Shown: one piece after another, positions 53,633 through 64,000 of the stretch | How positions within the stretch are numbered: position 1 is the stretch's first letter | How the letters are laid out: each line of letters starts with the position of its first letter | Sequence record: PP793740.1 | Strand: one strand, 5' to 3' | Length of the DNA: 64,000 bases | The notes under the pieces: generated by a model | Seen by the model: the letters and a program-made list of their open reading frames with translations, nothing else | What the model was told of the DNA's origin: nothing | Databases searched by the model: none | Program-made: the position numbers and the translations under genes

Positions 53633-55285
53633 ATGAAGAAGGCATTAGTTCCTTTTAATATTTCTTTACTTATTCCCACTAAAGAACAATTAAAGTTCTT
53701 AGGTCAAGTAAAGAGTCATGAGATATTTGAAGGTTTAGGTGGTAACTTTCATGAAGATGGTTTGTTCTCTGTTTCCATTTTTGGAAGAGTTGGATCAACT
53801 GATCGTGAGAGTTTATTTGGATATATTCATTTAGGTTTAGAACTTATCCATCCAGCTGTATATCGAAACTTAATTAAATTAAAAGCTTTCTATGAAGAAA
53901 TTATTCTTGGTAAGGCATTTGCAGTATTTGACGAATCTATTAAAGATTTTATCCGCGCCGATGAACTAACTGGTAAAACTGGTTATACATTCTTTTTTGA
54001 TAACTGGAAACGAATTGACTTTGGGTCCACTAAGTCAGGGGTTCGGCTATCAAGGTTACAATTAATCGAAAAATATAAAGATAACTGTATTTTTAAAGAC
54101 ATGCTTGTAACACCAGCCGCTTATCGTGATGCAGAGATTGATGAGAATAATCGTGTTGAGATGGATGAGATCAATGAACACTATAGGTATCTATTAAATC
54201 AGTCGTTTGGTGTACCTGATAGCTTTGGACCAAATGATGACTTGAGTATCTATGATCGCAAACGAGTAGCAATGCAAAACACCGTATTAGCTATTTATGA
54301 ACATTATGAACGACTGCTATCCGGTAAACGTGGATACATTCAATCTAAATGGGCATCCCGTCGTATTGCCAATGGTACACGTAACGTCATTAGTTCGCTA
54401 GATACTAATGCTGCTGATCTTGATTCACCTAATCGACCAACATTCAAAGATGCCGTAGTTGGCTTACATCAAGCAGCTCGTTCAGTTGCACCGCGTACAA
54501 TCTTTGCACTAAGGCAAGGTGTAGTTGGTGAAGTGTTTGATACAGTTACTAACACTGTACAGCTCATCAATAAGAAAACACTACGTTTAGAATGGGTCGA
54601 TATCTCTAACGAAGATATGGATTTATGGGGAACTCCTGAAGGGCAAGAACAAATCATCAATGAGTTAGATGTCATTGAAAAACGTTCACGTGCAATTGAA
54701 ATTGCTGATCATTATCTAGCCCTTATTTACGTTGATGATAAACAGAATTTTAAAATATTCCGCAACATCGATGAGTTACCTACTAATCTAAATAAGAAAT
54801 TTGTTAGACCTATTACTTATGCCGAATTAGTTTACCTTAGTGGATTAAGTATGTGGCGAACAAACTCAGCGTTTGTTACACGATATCCTGTAGAAAACTA
54901 CAATAGCTCTATCCCCTGTAAGATATATGTTAAAACAACCGTAGTGGGTGAATTACGTTATCCGTTAAATGATCAATGGGAACGTGATGATACGTTGGAA
55001 CCAGCCTTAGAATTCCCTGTGTTTGAATTAAATAAACCAGCCCAGTGGCATGACTCAGTATCCATCTCTCCTTCTATTCTCGCGCCATTGGGGGCGGATT
55101 TCGACGGGGACACTGTATCATTTAACGCAGTTTATTCAGAGGAAGCTATCGCTGAAACAGATGCTTTCTTTAAGAAACGTATTGCATATATACATGCCGA
55201 TGGTCGACTGGCATTTAGTGTTGGTATCCATACACTCAATTTAACTCTTCGGTACATGACTGGGGAACCCAAACAAAGGGATTAA
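53633..55285 (+). CDS. rpoC: Virion RNA polymerase beta' N-terminal subunit (gp180-like)
   Basis: GLFSVSIFG, GKRGYIQ, catalytic GADFDGD motif. Confidence 0.93.
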   Translation: MKKALVPFNISLLIPTKEQLKFLGQVKSHEIFEGLGGNFHEDGLFSVSIFGRVGSTDRESLFGYIHLGLELIHPAVYRNLIKLKAFYEEIILGKAFAVFDESIKDFIRADELTGKTGYTFFFDNWKRIDFGSTKSGVRLSRLQLIEKYKDNCIFKDMLVTPAAYRDAEIDENNRVEMDEINEHYRYLLNQSFGVPDSFGPNDDLSIYDRKRVAMQNTVLAIYEHYERLLSGKRGYIQSKWASRRIANGTRNVISSLDTNAADLDSPNRPTFKDAVVGLHQAARSVAPRTIFALRQGVVGEVFDTVTNTVQLINKKTLRLEWVDISNEDMDLWGTPEGQEQIINELDVIEKRSRAIEIADHYLALIYVDDKQNFKIFRNIDELPTNLNKKFVRPITYAELVYLSGLSMWRTNSAFVTRYPVENYNSSIPCKIYVKTTVVGELRYPLNDQWERDDTLEPALEFPVFELNKPAQWHDSVSISPSILAPLGADFDGDTVSFNAVYSEEAIAETDAFFKKRIAYIHADGRLAFSVGIHTLNLTLRYMTGEPKQRD

Positions 55286-55287
55286 TC

Positions 55288-58200
55288 ATGCGCTTAAATA
55301 TTACACAGTTTCTGAAAAATTATAGTGTACGCGAATATGCTAAACTTCAGTCACCTAAGTTGCATGCTCTAAATAAACTTGATCTACCTTTCGAATCCAT
55401 TTATCAGTTCTTCGATGGTAATAATGCAGTAATGGGTCCTAGTCAAACAGACCCATTATTCTCCAAACATCAAGGTAAAGTATATATTGAGCATGTTACT
55501 GATATGCTTACATTTGAAGGTAATCCACGTAGGACTTCAAATATCCCAGCAACAATGATTCAAGAGTTTCGCCGCCAGAACCGTTTCTTTAAACCTTTAC
55601 GCAGTGATACCGGTTTTAAATTATCAAACCAGAACATTCTGGTAATGAATTATAATTTAATTAACCCTCAATGGAATTATATGGCTTCTTATAAAGCTAC
55701 ATGGTTCCGTTGGTCAAATGACATGCGTACATTCTGGAGTGGCGTAGCGGCTGCATGTGAACGTTTTCCTGGTTGGAACCAGTTCATTGATGTACACTTA
55801 CCTGAGTTAGTTCCACCTCCTTCTTCTTTTAATAAACTACGAGGGGGTTTAACTCAAGATCTAGCTAATCAATTCAATACACCTGATATTCTAAATATAT
55901 TTGATTTAGTTCGCTGGGTTTCTGATGATCGTGAAAGTTCTTTCATGAATGTCATCGATGCTAAGTATTACGGTAACATTAATCTTTTATTCCGTGTACA
56001 AAGTTCATTCTTTGTTATTAACTTAGGGATGCTTGATCAATGGCGTCGTGATCCAGAAATTAAAGATGATAAAGGTTATGATACCCAGCAAATAGCTAGG
56101 CGCCTTATTTCACTAGTATCAGCGATGGTTGAATATAACCAAGGTAATACTTCATTAATTAAAGAAGATACGCCTATCTTTAATGAAGATATTATTGTTG
56201 ATGAAGAAACTCCGGTTAGTTATGAAGAAGGTGAAGCAGAAGAGGTTGAGGATGTTGAGTCTAATAACGTTGAAGAAGAAGTAACTGAAGTTGATGTTAT
56301 TGATGATGTTCAATTTGACCCAACCAACTTAACTAACTTAATTGATATTGGCGTAATTGAGGTAACATATACCCCACCACCAGAAAGTGATCTTGAGGTA
56401 ACAAAGCTTATCATTGAAAAAGATCCACTGGAATCTTCACCTTCTCGCCAAATTAAAGAAGAGAAGGAACTCATTGTAACAGATGTACCAGAAGATGAGT
56501 TATTCATCAATACTGAAGTTGATGAAGAAGATAAACTAATCGATGCCATTAGAGCTAAAGCATACGACATGTATCGCGTGAATATGATTTCTGCGAATAC
56601 ATTCGAGCAAGCTCAAGAAGATTCGATTATGTATCGTCGTCTACCTGATCCATTTACCGATCCTAATGATGAATCAGTAGAACCTATGACGATCGCTGAG
56701 GCGATGGAATATCATCCAGATGATCTTAAGATTCCAGAAGACACCACTTTTGAAGATAAGCCAACCATTGTTGATAAATCAATGTTGGGTAGTAAGTTAA
56801 AAGCCATCCAACGCAAATACAACAAGGTCTTATTAAAGAAAGATATTTTAAACAGTGTGTTATCTGTTCAGAAACAAGGCGTATCAGTAACTAATTACAA
56901 AATTGAAACTGTACGCGATTCTAGTAACCATTACCAAATCCACAAAGTTACATTAAAGCCTATTCGTGGTAGAAGTTCACAAGTAATGTTCCGTATCCCT
57001 GTCATTGATAATGACGGTAGGTTCATGTCTAATGGGGTAACATATCGCCAACGTTTACAACGTGCTGATATTCCAATTCGTAAAGTTAATCCACGTAAAG
57101 TTGCATTGACCTCTTATTATAATAAGACCTTTGTGACCAGATCTGAACGTGCTGAAAACAACTTTGATAATTGGTTAATCAGAGCGATTACCAACCGTGC
57201 ATTAGATGGAAGTGATATGTCTGTACATTCAGTTACCTATGCTGAATTAGATCAATCCAACTATGTTCTACCAAGGGTGTACACTACTTTAGGAACAGCT
57301 TTTAAAGGCTTCCATAATCACCGTAATGTGTTCTATTTTAATTTCAAAGATCGTAATGAATTCTTTGCAAAACAAGGATTACATATCGAAGATTATGAAA
57401 CTGATGATTTGATAATGGTGGGGTTCAATGGCACTGATGCTATCTTGTTAGATAAGAATTCCATCTTTTACATGAAAACAGGTAATGAGCTAGAACCTAT
57501 TGGTACCATTACAGATATACTTGGCTTAGATCTAACCAAAGCGCCGTTAGAAGCTATTCTAATGTCAATTGGTGGTAAAGAGCTACCATTAGGTTTCATT
57601 TTAGCATATCACCATGGCTTAAACAATCTACTTAAGAAGTTGAATGTTAATTATCAGCGTCATCAGCGTGGTACCAGGATTGTTGTCAATAGTACGGATT
57701 ATACATTAGCGTTCGCTGATGAGATCCTAGTATTTGATCGAGCTGATTATAAAGCAATGCTTGTATTAAGTGGACTCAAACGTTATCATAAATCACTGCG
57801 GCGTTATTCTGTTTATGATTTCAATAAACGAGATGTTTACTTCAGGGTTCTTGAAGAAGCTGGATTAAGTAATAGATTTACACGTGATATTGATACACTC
57901 TTCTCAGCATGGGTCGATCCAATCACTGAGGGTCTACTCAAGGAGATGGGTGAACCAACTACTTTTGAAGGATTGCTTTATCGGTCTGTCGAGTTATTAA
58001 CGAACGACTGGAGTCCAGCAGAAGTAGATGGTGCATATATGCGCTATCGTGGTTATGAGCGCATGGCAGGGGCTATTTTTAATGAACTCAATAGAGCGGT
58101 ACGTGTATTTAATATGCGTAATGGTGGGTCAGTGCAAACTGTCGAGTTAGATCCACACGTGATCTGGCGCAAGATTGTACAAGATCCGACAGTAGCCACT

Positions 58201-59643
58201 ATTGAAGATTCTAACCCCATTGCAAATATCCGTGAACAAGAAGCGATGACTTATCGTGGAGATGGTGGACGCGGTCCAACTTCAATGGTTGCACGTACAC
58301 GTATTTACGGTGAAGCGGATGTTGGTGTGGTCAGTGAATCAACTGTGGACTCAGGTGACGTTGGTGTTATTGCTTACTTAGTACCTGATGCTAACTTTGT
58401 AAACATGCGTGGTGTTACGCGTATGTTTGATCCAAAGACAGATGGGCCAGCTAGACTACTCTCAACTAGTGCACTGCTTGGTGTTGCAACCGAACATGAT
58501 GACCCTAAGCGAATTAACTTTATCTCAATTCAGCAGCAGCAAGGTATTTATGCTGATGGGTATACAGTTACACCAGTTCGTACAGGCTATGAACAAATCA
58601 TAGCCCAAAGGACTAGTTCTATCTTTGCTGTAGCAGCAGAACAAGATGGTGAAGTTGTAGCTATTGATGAATATGGTATCCAAGTTAAATATGCTGATGG
58701 TAATGTATTTGGATATCAATTAGGTACAGTTCATGGCACAGCAGCTGGTGTTAACTACCCACACATTCTTGTTACCTCATTAAAGAAAGGTGATAAGTTT
58801 AAACGTGGAGATACTATCACATATAACAAACGTTATTTCTCTGAAGATAGGTATACGCCTGGGCAAGTATTATGGAAAGCCGGTTGTATGGCTGTTGTAG
58901 CATTTGATGATAACCTTGACACTTTAGAAGACGGTTCAGTTATTTCTGAAGACCTAGCTAAAAGGTTAAATACTCAAACAACTGCAATCAAGAATATCGA
59001 TGTTAGGTTTGATCAGACTATTCGAGATATGGTGAAAGTTGGGGATCATGTCGACTTAAATTCAATTCTATGTATAATTGAAGATCCTGAAACAGCTGCT
59101 CACTCACTATATGACGAGGCATCTATTGAGACATTACGCAAACTATCAGCATATTCGCCACGTGCTAAGCTCGTAGGTACAGTATCAAAGATTGAATGCT
59201 TCTATCATGGTGAAATAGACGATATGACACCAAGTTTACAAGCATTAGCTAATACGTCAGATAAACAACGCGCTGAACGAGCTAAATCATTGAAAGAACC
59301 TACTTTCACTGGACAAGTAGATGCTAACTATCGAGTGAAAGGACGAGCCTTAGAATATGACCACATGATTATTCGAGTGTATATCGATCATGATATCCCA
59401 TGTGGTGTTGGAGATAAAGGCGTAGTAGCTAACCAGATGAAAACGGTATTCTCCCGTGTAATGACTGGACGTAATGAAACTGAAGATGGCCGTAATATTG
59501 ATCTACTATTCGGTAATACATCGGTAGAAGAACGAATGGTTCTATCTCCTAAAATCATTGCTACAACAACTGGTATCTTGTGGGCAGCTGGAAAACATCT
59601 TGTAGCTGTATATAGAGGAAACACTAATGCAAAAGCTAAGTAA
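55288..59643 (+). CDS. rpoB: Virion RNA polymerase beta subunit (gp178-like)
   Basis: 1451 aa; EDGSVISEDLA, GDKGVVANQMKTV; adjacent to beta' fragment. Confidence 0.9.
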   Translation: MRLNITQFLKNYSVREYAKLQSPKLHALNKLDLPFESIYQFFDGNNAVMGPSQTDPLFSKHQGKVYIEHVTDMLTFEGNPRRTSNIPATMIQEFRRQNRFFKPLRSDTGFKLSNQNILVMNYNLINPQWNYMASYKATWFRWSNDMRTFWSGVAAACERFPGWNQFIDVHLPELVPPPSSFNKLRGGLTQDLANQFNTPDILNIFDLVRWVSDDRESSFMNVIDAKYYGNINLLFRVQSSFFVINLGMLDQWRRDPEIKDDKGYDTQQIARRLISLVSAMVEYNQGNTSLIKEDTPIFNEDIIVDEETPVSYEEGEAEEVEDVESNNVEEEVTEVDVIDDVQFDPTNLTNLIDIGVIEVTYTPPPESDLEVTKLIIEKDPLESSPSRQIKEEKELIVTDVPEDELFINTEVDEEDKLIDAIRAKAYDMYRVNMISANTFEQAQEDSIMYRRLPDPFTDPNDESVEPMTIAEAMEYHPDDLKIPEDTTFEDKPTIVDKSMLGSKLKAIQRKYNKVLLKKDILNSVLSVQKQGVSVTNYKIETVRDSSNHYQIHKVTLKPIRGRSSQVMFRIPVIDNDGRFMSNGVTYRQRLQRADIPIRKVNPRKVALTSYYNKTFVTRSERAENNFDNWLIRAITNRALDGSDMSVHSVTYAELDQSNYVLPRVYTTLGTAFKGFHNHRNVFYFNFKDRNEFFAKQGLHIEDYETDDLIMVGFNGTDAILLDKNSIFYMKTGNELEPIGTITDILGLDLTKAPLEAILMSIGGKELPLGFILAYHHGLNNLLKKLNVNYQRHQRGTRIVVNSTDYTLAFADEILVFDRADYKAMLVLSGLKRYHKSLRRYSVYDFNKRDVYFRVLEEAGLSNRFTRDIDTLFSAWVDPITEGLLKEMGEPTTFEGLLYRSVELLTNDWSPAEVDGAYMRYRGYERMAGAIFNELNRAVRVFNMRNGGSVQTVELDPHVIWRKIVQDPTVATIEDSNPIANIREQEAMTYRGDGGRGPTSMVARTRIYGEADVGVVSESTVDSGDVGVIAYLVPDANFVNMRGVTRMFDPKTDGPARLLSTSALLGVATEHDDPKRINFISIQQQQGIYADGYTVTPVRTGYEQIIAQRTSSIFAVAAEQDGEVVAIDEYGIQVKYADGNVFGYQLGTVHGTAAGVNYPHILVTSLKKGDKFKRGDTITYNKRYFSEDRYTPGQVLWKAGCMAVVAFDDNLDTLEDGSVISEDLAKRLNTQTTAIKNIDVRFDQTIRDMVKVGDHVDLNSILCIIEDPETAAHSLYDEASIETLRKLSAYSPRAKLVGTVSKIECFYHGEIDDMTPSLQALANTSDKQRAERAKSLKEPTFTGQVDANYRVKGRALEYDHMIIRVYIDHDIPCGVGDKGVVANQMKTVFSRVMTGRNETEDGRNIDLLFGNTSVEERMVLSPKIIATTTGILWAAGKHLVAVYRGNTNAKAK

Positions 59644-59824
59644 TAATGTAGCACATGGTCAGAACATTGCTGTTCTTCATGCTGCTGTTAAACTAGGTAC
59701 TCAAGCAATTCTACAATCGCTTGGTGGCACCACCAGCTCCCCATCTCTGAATGGGGAGTTTTTAACTGAGGCTGATATTGCAGCAGCTTTAAACGCTCGC
59801 TTAATGAAGAACCTCAATATCTAA
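59627..59824 (+). CDS. Small hypothetical protein in the vRNAP operon
   Basis: GAGGA RBS; fills the gap between two large genes. Confidence 0.65.
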   Translation: MQKLSNNVAHGQNIAVLHAAVKLGTQAILQSLGGTTSSPSLNGEFLTEADIAAALNARLMKNLNI

Positions 59825-59835
59825 GGAGTGTTAAA

Positions 59836-61395
59836 ATGTTCTGTAAAGAAACCCAAGCTGCGATTGTTGGCTCAGCACGTAGTCTAACTGAGGATAACCT
59901 TGTTCTAGTTATCCCTAATGAAACATATCCCCTTGCGGTCTTTGCAGATGGTTTCAGTGTAGATGGCAACTCTAATAAAGTTGCCCTCTCTGAAGAGCTG
60001 GAAGCATCTGTAGAAGAGTTCTTCGAGGAAGCTAACCAAGAGCAACCTGTTAGTGTAGAAGAAGAGCAAGAAGCTCTGATTGCACATGTCTGCTCATCAT
60101 TACAAAAGATCCAATTCAATACGCAGAATGTTATTTGCCCTGCAATTGAATATATGGTACGTGTTTTTAATGAGCGTCAAAGCATTAGTTGTCAACCAGA
60201 TGTAAGCGCTACATTCTACCACTATAATGCAGTTCATAGTGATCCACGCTTAACTGCACACGTTAGTACACGATACAATAATTTACAGCCGCTACCTGAG
60301 TATCGTACCTTTATTCTAGAATCAATTGATGCTAATGAAATTATTCGGTTAGTGTCAATGGGTAATCCGCATCTAGATCAAACTGAAGTTGAAGAATGGC
60401 TACTATCTATTCCTAATAGTGCCGCTGTTATTGAAGGTGTGTGGAATTCTATCTTCAATGATGGTCGTCTTCTCATTCCAGGTGAACTTGAATATGTTGT
60501 GGGTAGGTCCTTCCCATTCACTGTTGATTCACTAGCTCTGGCTTACATGATTTGCGGTCACTACATCGATAACCCGGTTGAAGTTATTGGCGAGAGTGAT
60601 GTTGACCTAGAAACATGGTCACTAACTATTCGTAAACTACATGAGATGTTTGGATTCTATCTCAAGCGTGCTTATGAACGTCGTCAAGCTGATCGTGATG
60701 CAGGTCTACTCATCCTAGCCTCAGAAGCTAATAATGTAGTTGCTAATTCTCGTTGCAAAGTAATCATTAATGGTGATGTTGCACCTCAATTTGAATTAGC
60801 CGGTGGTGACATCCAAGCTATCCTTGGTGCAGCTGTAGCAGGTAGTAATAACATTTACCTAGAACAGATTCTTAATAACTCAGAACAGTTTATTCAACGT
60901 TGGCTATCAGTATATCCGCTGATTAAACAATCGGCTATGGATAAAGGTTTACGTAAACTACGCAATGACATTCATGAATCATTTATGGATGGTGTCATTA
61001 ATACTGAACTTAAAGATCGCCATGTTAATGAACTCGAATATCGTATTAAAGAAGCAATGAGTACGATGACGACTGAAGATCTTAAGAATCCTTATATCAC
61101 CTTTGGTAAACTTATCTGTAAAACATTCTTTACAGAAAATGTTTACTGGCAATATCTGCTAGCAGTTGATGAATTTAGTCAAATGTATCCTGAGGCCACT
61201 CTACGTGAACTCAATACACAATCACTAATTTCACTAATGGCAGCATGGCTGTCTCAACAGATTAAAGTTGAGCGGTTCACTGGTGTTGTTGATCCTTATG
61301 CAAAACTACCAGTAAAAGAAGTTATTGAAACTGTAGAAGATGATAGCACTGAAACTTTAGATGATGTTGAAATCGAAGAAGAAGTTTCTAATTAA
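59836..61395 (+). CDS. Head/ejection protein (gp177-like)
   Basis: AAGGAG RBS; acidic N- and C-terminal regions with x-x-E sites; synteny. Confidence 0.75.
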   Translation: MFCKETQAAIVGSARSLTEDNLVLVIPNETYPLAVFADGFSVDGNSNKVALSEELEASVEEFFEEANQEQPVSVEEEQEALIAHVCSSLQKIQFNTQNVICPAIEYMVRVFNERQSISCQPDVSATFYHYNAVHSDPRLTAHVSTRYNNLQPLPEYRTFILESIDANEIIRLVSMGNPHLDQTEVEEWLLSIPNSAAVIEGVWNSIFNDGRLLIPGELEYVVGRSFPFTVDSLALAYMICGHYIDNPVEVIGESDVDLETWSLTIRKLHEMFGFYLKRAYERRQADRDAGLLILASEANNVVANSRCKVIINGDVAPQFELAGGDIQAILGAAVAGSNNIYLEQILNNSEQFIQRWLSVYPLIKQSAMDKGLRKLRNDIHESFMDGVINTELKDRHVNELEYRIKEAMSTMTTEDLKNPYITFGKLICKTFFTENVYWQYLLAVDEFSQMYPEATLRELNTQSLISLMAAWLSQQIKVERFTGVVDPYAKLPVKEVIETVEDDSTETLDDVEIEEEVSN

Positions 61396-61441
61396 ATTAT
61401 CTTAATGGTTAATAATCATTAAAACATGCAATCGATGATAA

Positions 61442-61470
61442 ACTCCGGTATTTGGAAGGATACCGGAGTA
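61442..61470. terminator. Hairpin, probable terminator
   Basis: ACTCCGGTAT/ATACCGGAGT 10-bp stem. Confidence 0.65.
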
Positions 61471-61542
61471 ATACAGCGAATATTTAAAGGTGCATGATTT
61501 TGATTAAGTATTTTAATCTTTACATAAATGAACAATTAGGAC

Positions 61543-62271
61543 ATGATAATGGACGTACGTTCTCTTCGACGGGATCCAGAACGGGTCCACAGTCATCTAA
61601 CTGATTTAGAAGATAATTCAGTAGTAACTAATGCCCCATGTAAAATACAGATTCCAGAAAGATTTACAGGAAGACATCTAGCTGTTATTGGTAGTGAAGT
61701 ATTCACTATTGGTATATTTCCTATTATTTTTAATGATGAATATTACGCAGTAAATAATACCATTGCAATGATGCGGATAAATCCAATCTCTACTGAACGC
61801 GTCCACATCAATGGTGAAGTTTATCTAGAATTTCATTTTGATAAAGGTAGTAAGATTTTCCAGAATACTTACTTAGTTGTTAATGATACATTAACTTACT
61901 ATGTCTATGATGAGTTAATTAACAAAGGAAACTTCCCTTGGTATATTAACTATTATGACAAAGCCAAATTATTTGAGACAGCTAATTTACACGCTGGTGT
62001 TAACCTTGGTGGATGGCCTACATTACAACTTATTATTTCAACCACTCAGCGTGCCTCGGATGATATATCACAACTATATCGACATGTGTTAACTAGACAC
62101 AGTGATATCGTGGATAATCCACCAGTCGACGTACCATTCCGTTCAGTTATCTGGAATACTTCAGACACAACATCAAAACTCAATGGGGCTTATTTTGATC
62201 AAGGTATCACATCAGCACTTGTTAACCCATCTGAGTCAGTAGAGCTTATTGAAGAACTCCTCAGGACCTAA
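61543..62271 (+). CDS. gp176-like protein; putative small beta' C-terminal subunit of the virion RNAP
   Basis: Synteny (immediately before protease); C-terminal SKLNGAYF..GI.SA resembles the beta' C-terminal region. Confidence 0.6.
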   Translation: MIMDVRSLRRDPERVHSHLTDLEDNSVVTNAPCKIQIPERFTGRHLAVIGSEVFTIGIFPIIFNDEYYAVNNTIAMMRINPISTERVHINGEVYLEFHFDKGSKIFQNTYLVVNDTLTYYVYDELINKGNFPWYINYYDKAKLFETANLHAGVNLGGWPTLQLIISTTQRASDDISQLYRHVLTRHSDIVDNPPVDVPFRSVIWNTSDTTSKLNGAYFDQGITSALVNPSESVELIEELLRT

Positions 62272-62282
62272 GGAGTTGCGTT

Positions 62283-63095
62283 ATGCAACCATATTCTAAT
62301 TTTTCTGGTTTGCAACAGCGTACTAATAACCAAGTAGTTATCGGCAGTGATATGTTAGCCGGTACTAATAAAAAAGGTGTATTAGTACCTGATGCGGATG
62401 GTTACTATCTAACTCCACTAGGAGCTTATGGTACCCGAAATTCAGCTGGTATGTTCTATGAAATGGCATCCGGCGTATCTATGTTTAATCCAGACTCACC
62501 TTTAATGCGCCGTGTTAAAAAGGGTGTTCTATTCATGGAATACAAACACCCTGAACCCTATCGTAAAGATGGCACACGGATGAATGAACATGAGTACCTA
62601 ATGCGAATTCGTCAAATCGATGATGATCGTGTGTGTGCGCATATTAAGGAACTTATTCTGGTTGATTCTACAGATGAGAAAGGTCTTCCTATTAAACTAG
62701 TACTTGGCAAATGCAAACCATACGGTCCTTTTGGTAAGTACTTCGAAGCATCTATTACCAATCCTTCTCAGAATACTTATTGCTCGGTAAGGTCAATAAC
62801 TCAAGATGATCCTATGCGCGGTATCAAATATACCCGTGAGATTTCAACTTGGGATATGGTTGGGGAAGGTGGTATTTACGGTGCTAATAAATGGAATTCC
62901 CCTGCATTAGAGAACTATGAAGATCAATTAATGGTTATCACGCCTGATACTCTATATCAGGTACAGCGTGAACGTGAACGTCAAATTAACATGGGTTTTG
63001 AATGTTCTGATATCACCAATGTGACAGATCTAGCGAAAAGTCTTGGCTGGGATATATCACCAGTTAAACATAGGCGCCCTGGCTTCATGCGTTAA
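62283..63095 (+). CDS. Prohead maturation protease (phiKZ gp175-like)
   Basis: 270 aa; CAHI and STWDMV motifs; C-terminal PALE self-cleavage-type site; synteny. Confidence 0.85.
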   Translation: MQPYSNFSGLQQRTNNQVVIGSDMLAGTNKKGVLVPDADGYYLTPLGAYGTRNSAGMFYEMASGVSMFNPDSPLMRRVKKGVLFMEYKHPEPYRKDGTRMNEHEYLMRIRQIDDDRVCAHIKELILVDSTDEKGLPIKLVLGKCKPYGPFGKYFEASITNPSQNTYCSVRSITQDDPMRGIKYTREISTWDMVGEGGIYGANKWNSPALENYEDQLMVITPDTLYQVQRERERQINMGFECSDITNVTDLAKSLGWDISPVKHRRPGFMR

Positions 63096-63115
63096 AAATA
63101 AAAAAAAGACATAAT

Positions 63116-63136
63116 GCCCTCCCGTAATGGGAGGGC
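63116..63136. terminator. Bidirectional terminator between convergent genes
   Basis: GCCCTCCC/GGGAGGGC, inverted near-copy of the 34743 element. Confidence 0.85.
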
Positions 63137-63144
63137 TTATGCTG

Positions 63145-64000
<856 letters not shown>

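Overview
AT-rich segment of a phiKZ-like (Phikzvirus, nucleus-forming jumbo phage) genome, read in reverse relative to phiKZ gene numbering. The phiKZ gp numbers below come from recalled size, motif and synteny, not from a search. About 1-44.7 kb is a mostly minus-strand accessory region of small ORFs, punctuated by UUCG-loop terminators and TATATTAC-type early promoters. It includes thyA, dcd, tmk, an SspB-like adaptor, an HD (p)ppGpp-hydrolase-like protein, an AAA ATPase, a SLOG/DprA-like protein, a DEDD exonuclease, DUF3307 and a Tad1-like anti-defence protein. A plus-strand block at 30.2-34.7 kb holds an SF2 helicase and two probable virion proteins. About 44.8-64 kb is the conserved virion module: gp182-like protein, tape measure/lytic transglycosylase, split virion RNA polymerase subunits, head protein and prohead protease. 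Best leads: (1) a Tad1-like signal sponge fused to an acidic N-terminus with head-protease-type cleavage motifs; (2) a five-member family of exported helical proteins with a conserved Cys pattern; (3) a GC-rich, possibly pseudoknotted RNA upstream of the helicase; (4) several accessory genes broken by single nonsense or homopolymer lesions. No tRNA, rRNA, CRISPR array or transposase was seen.
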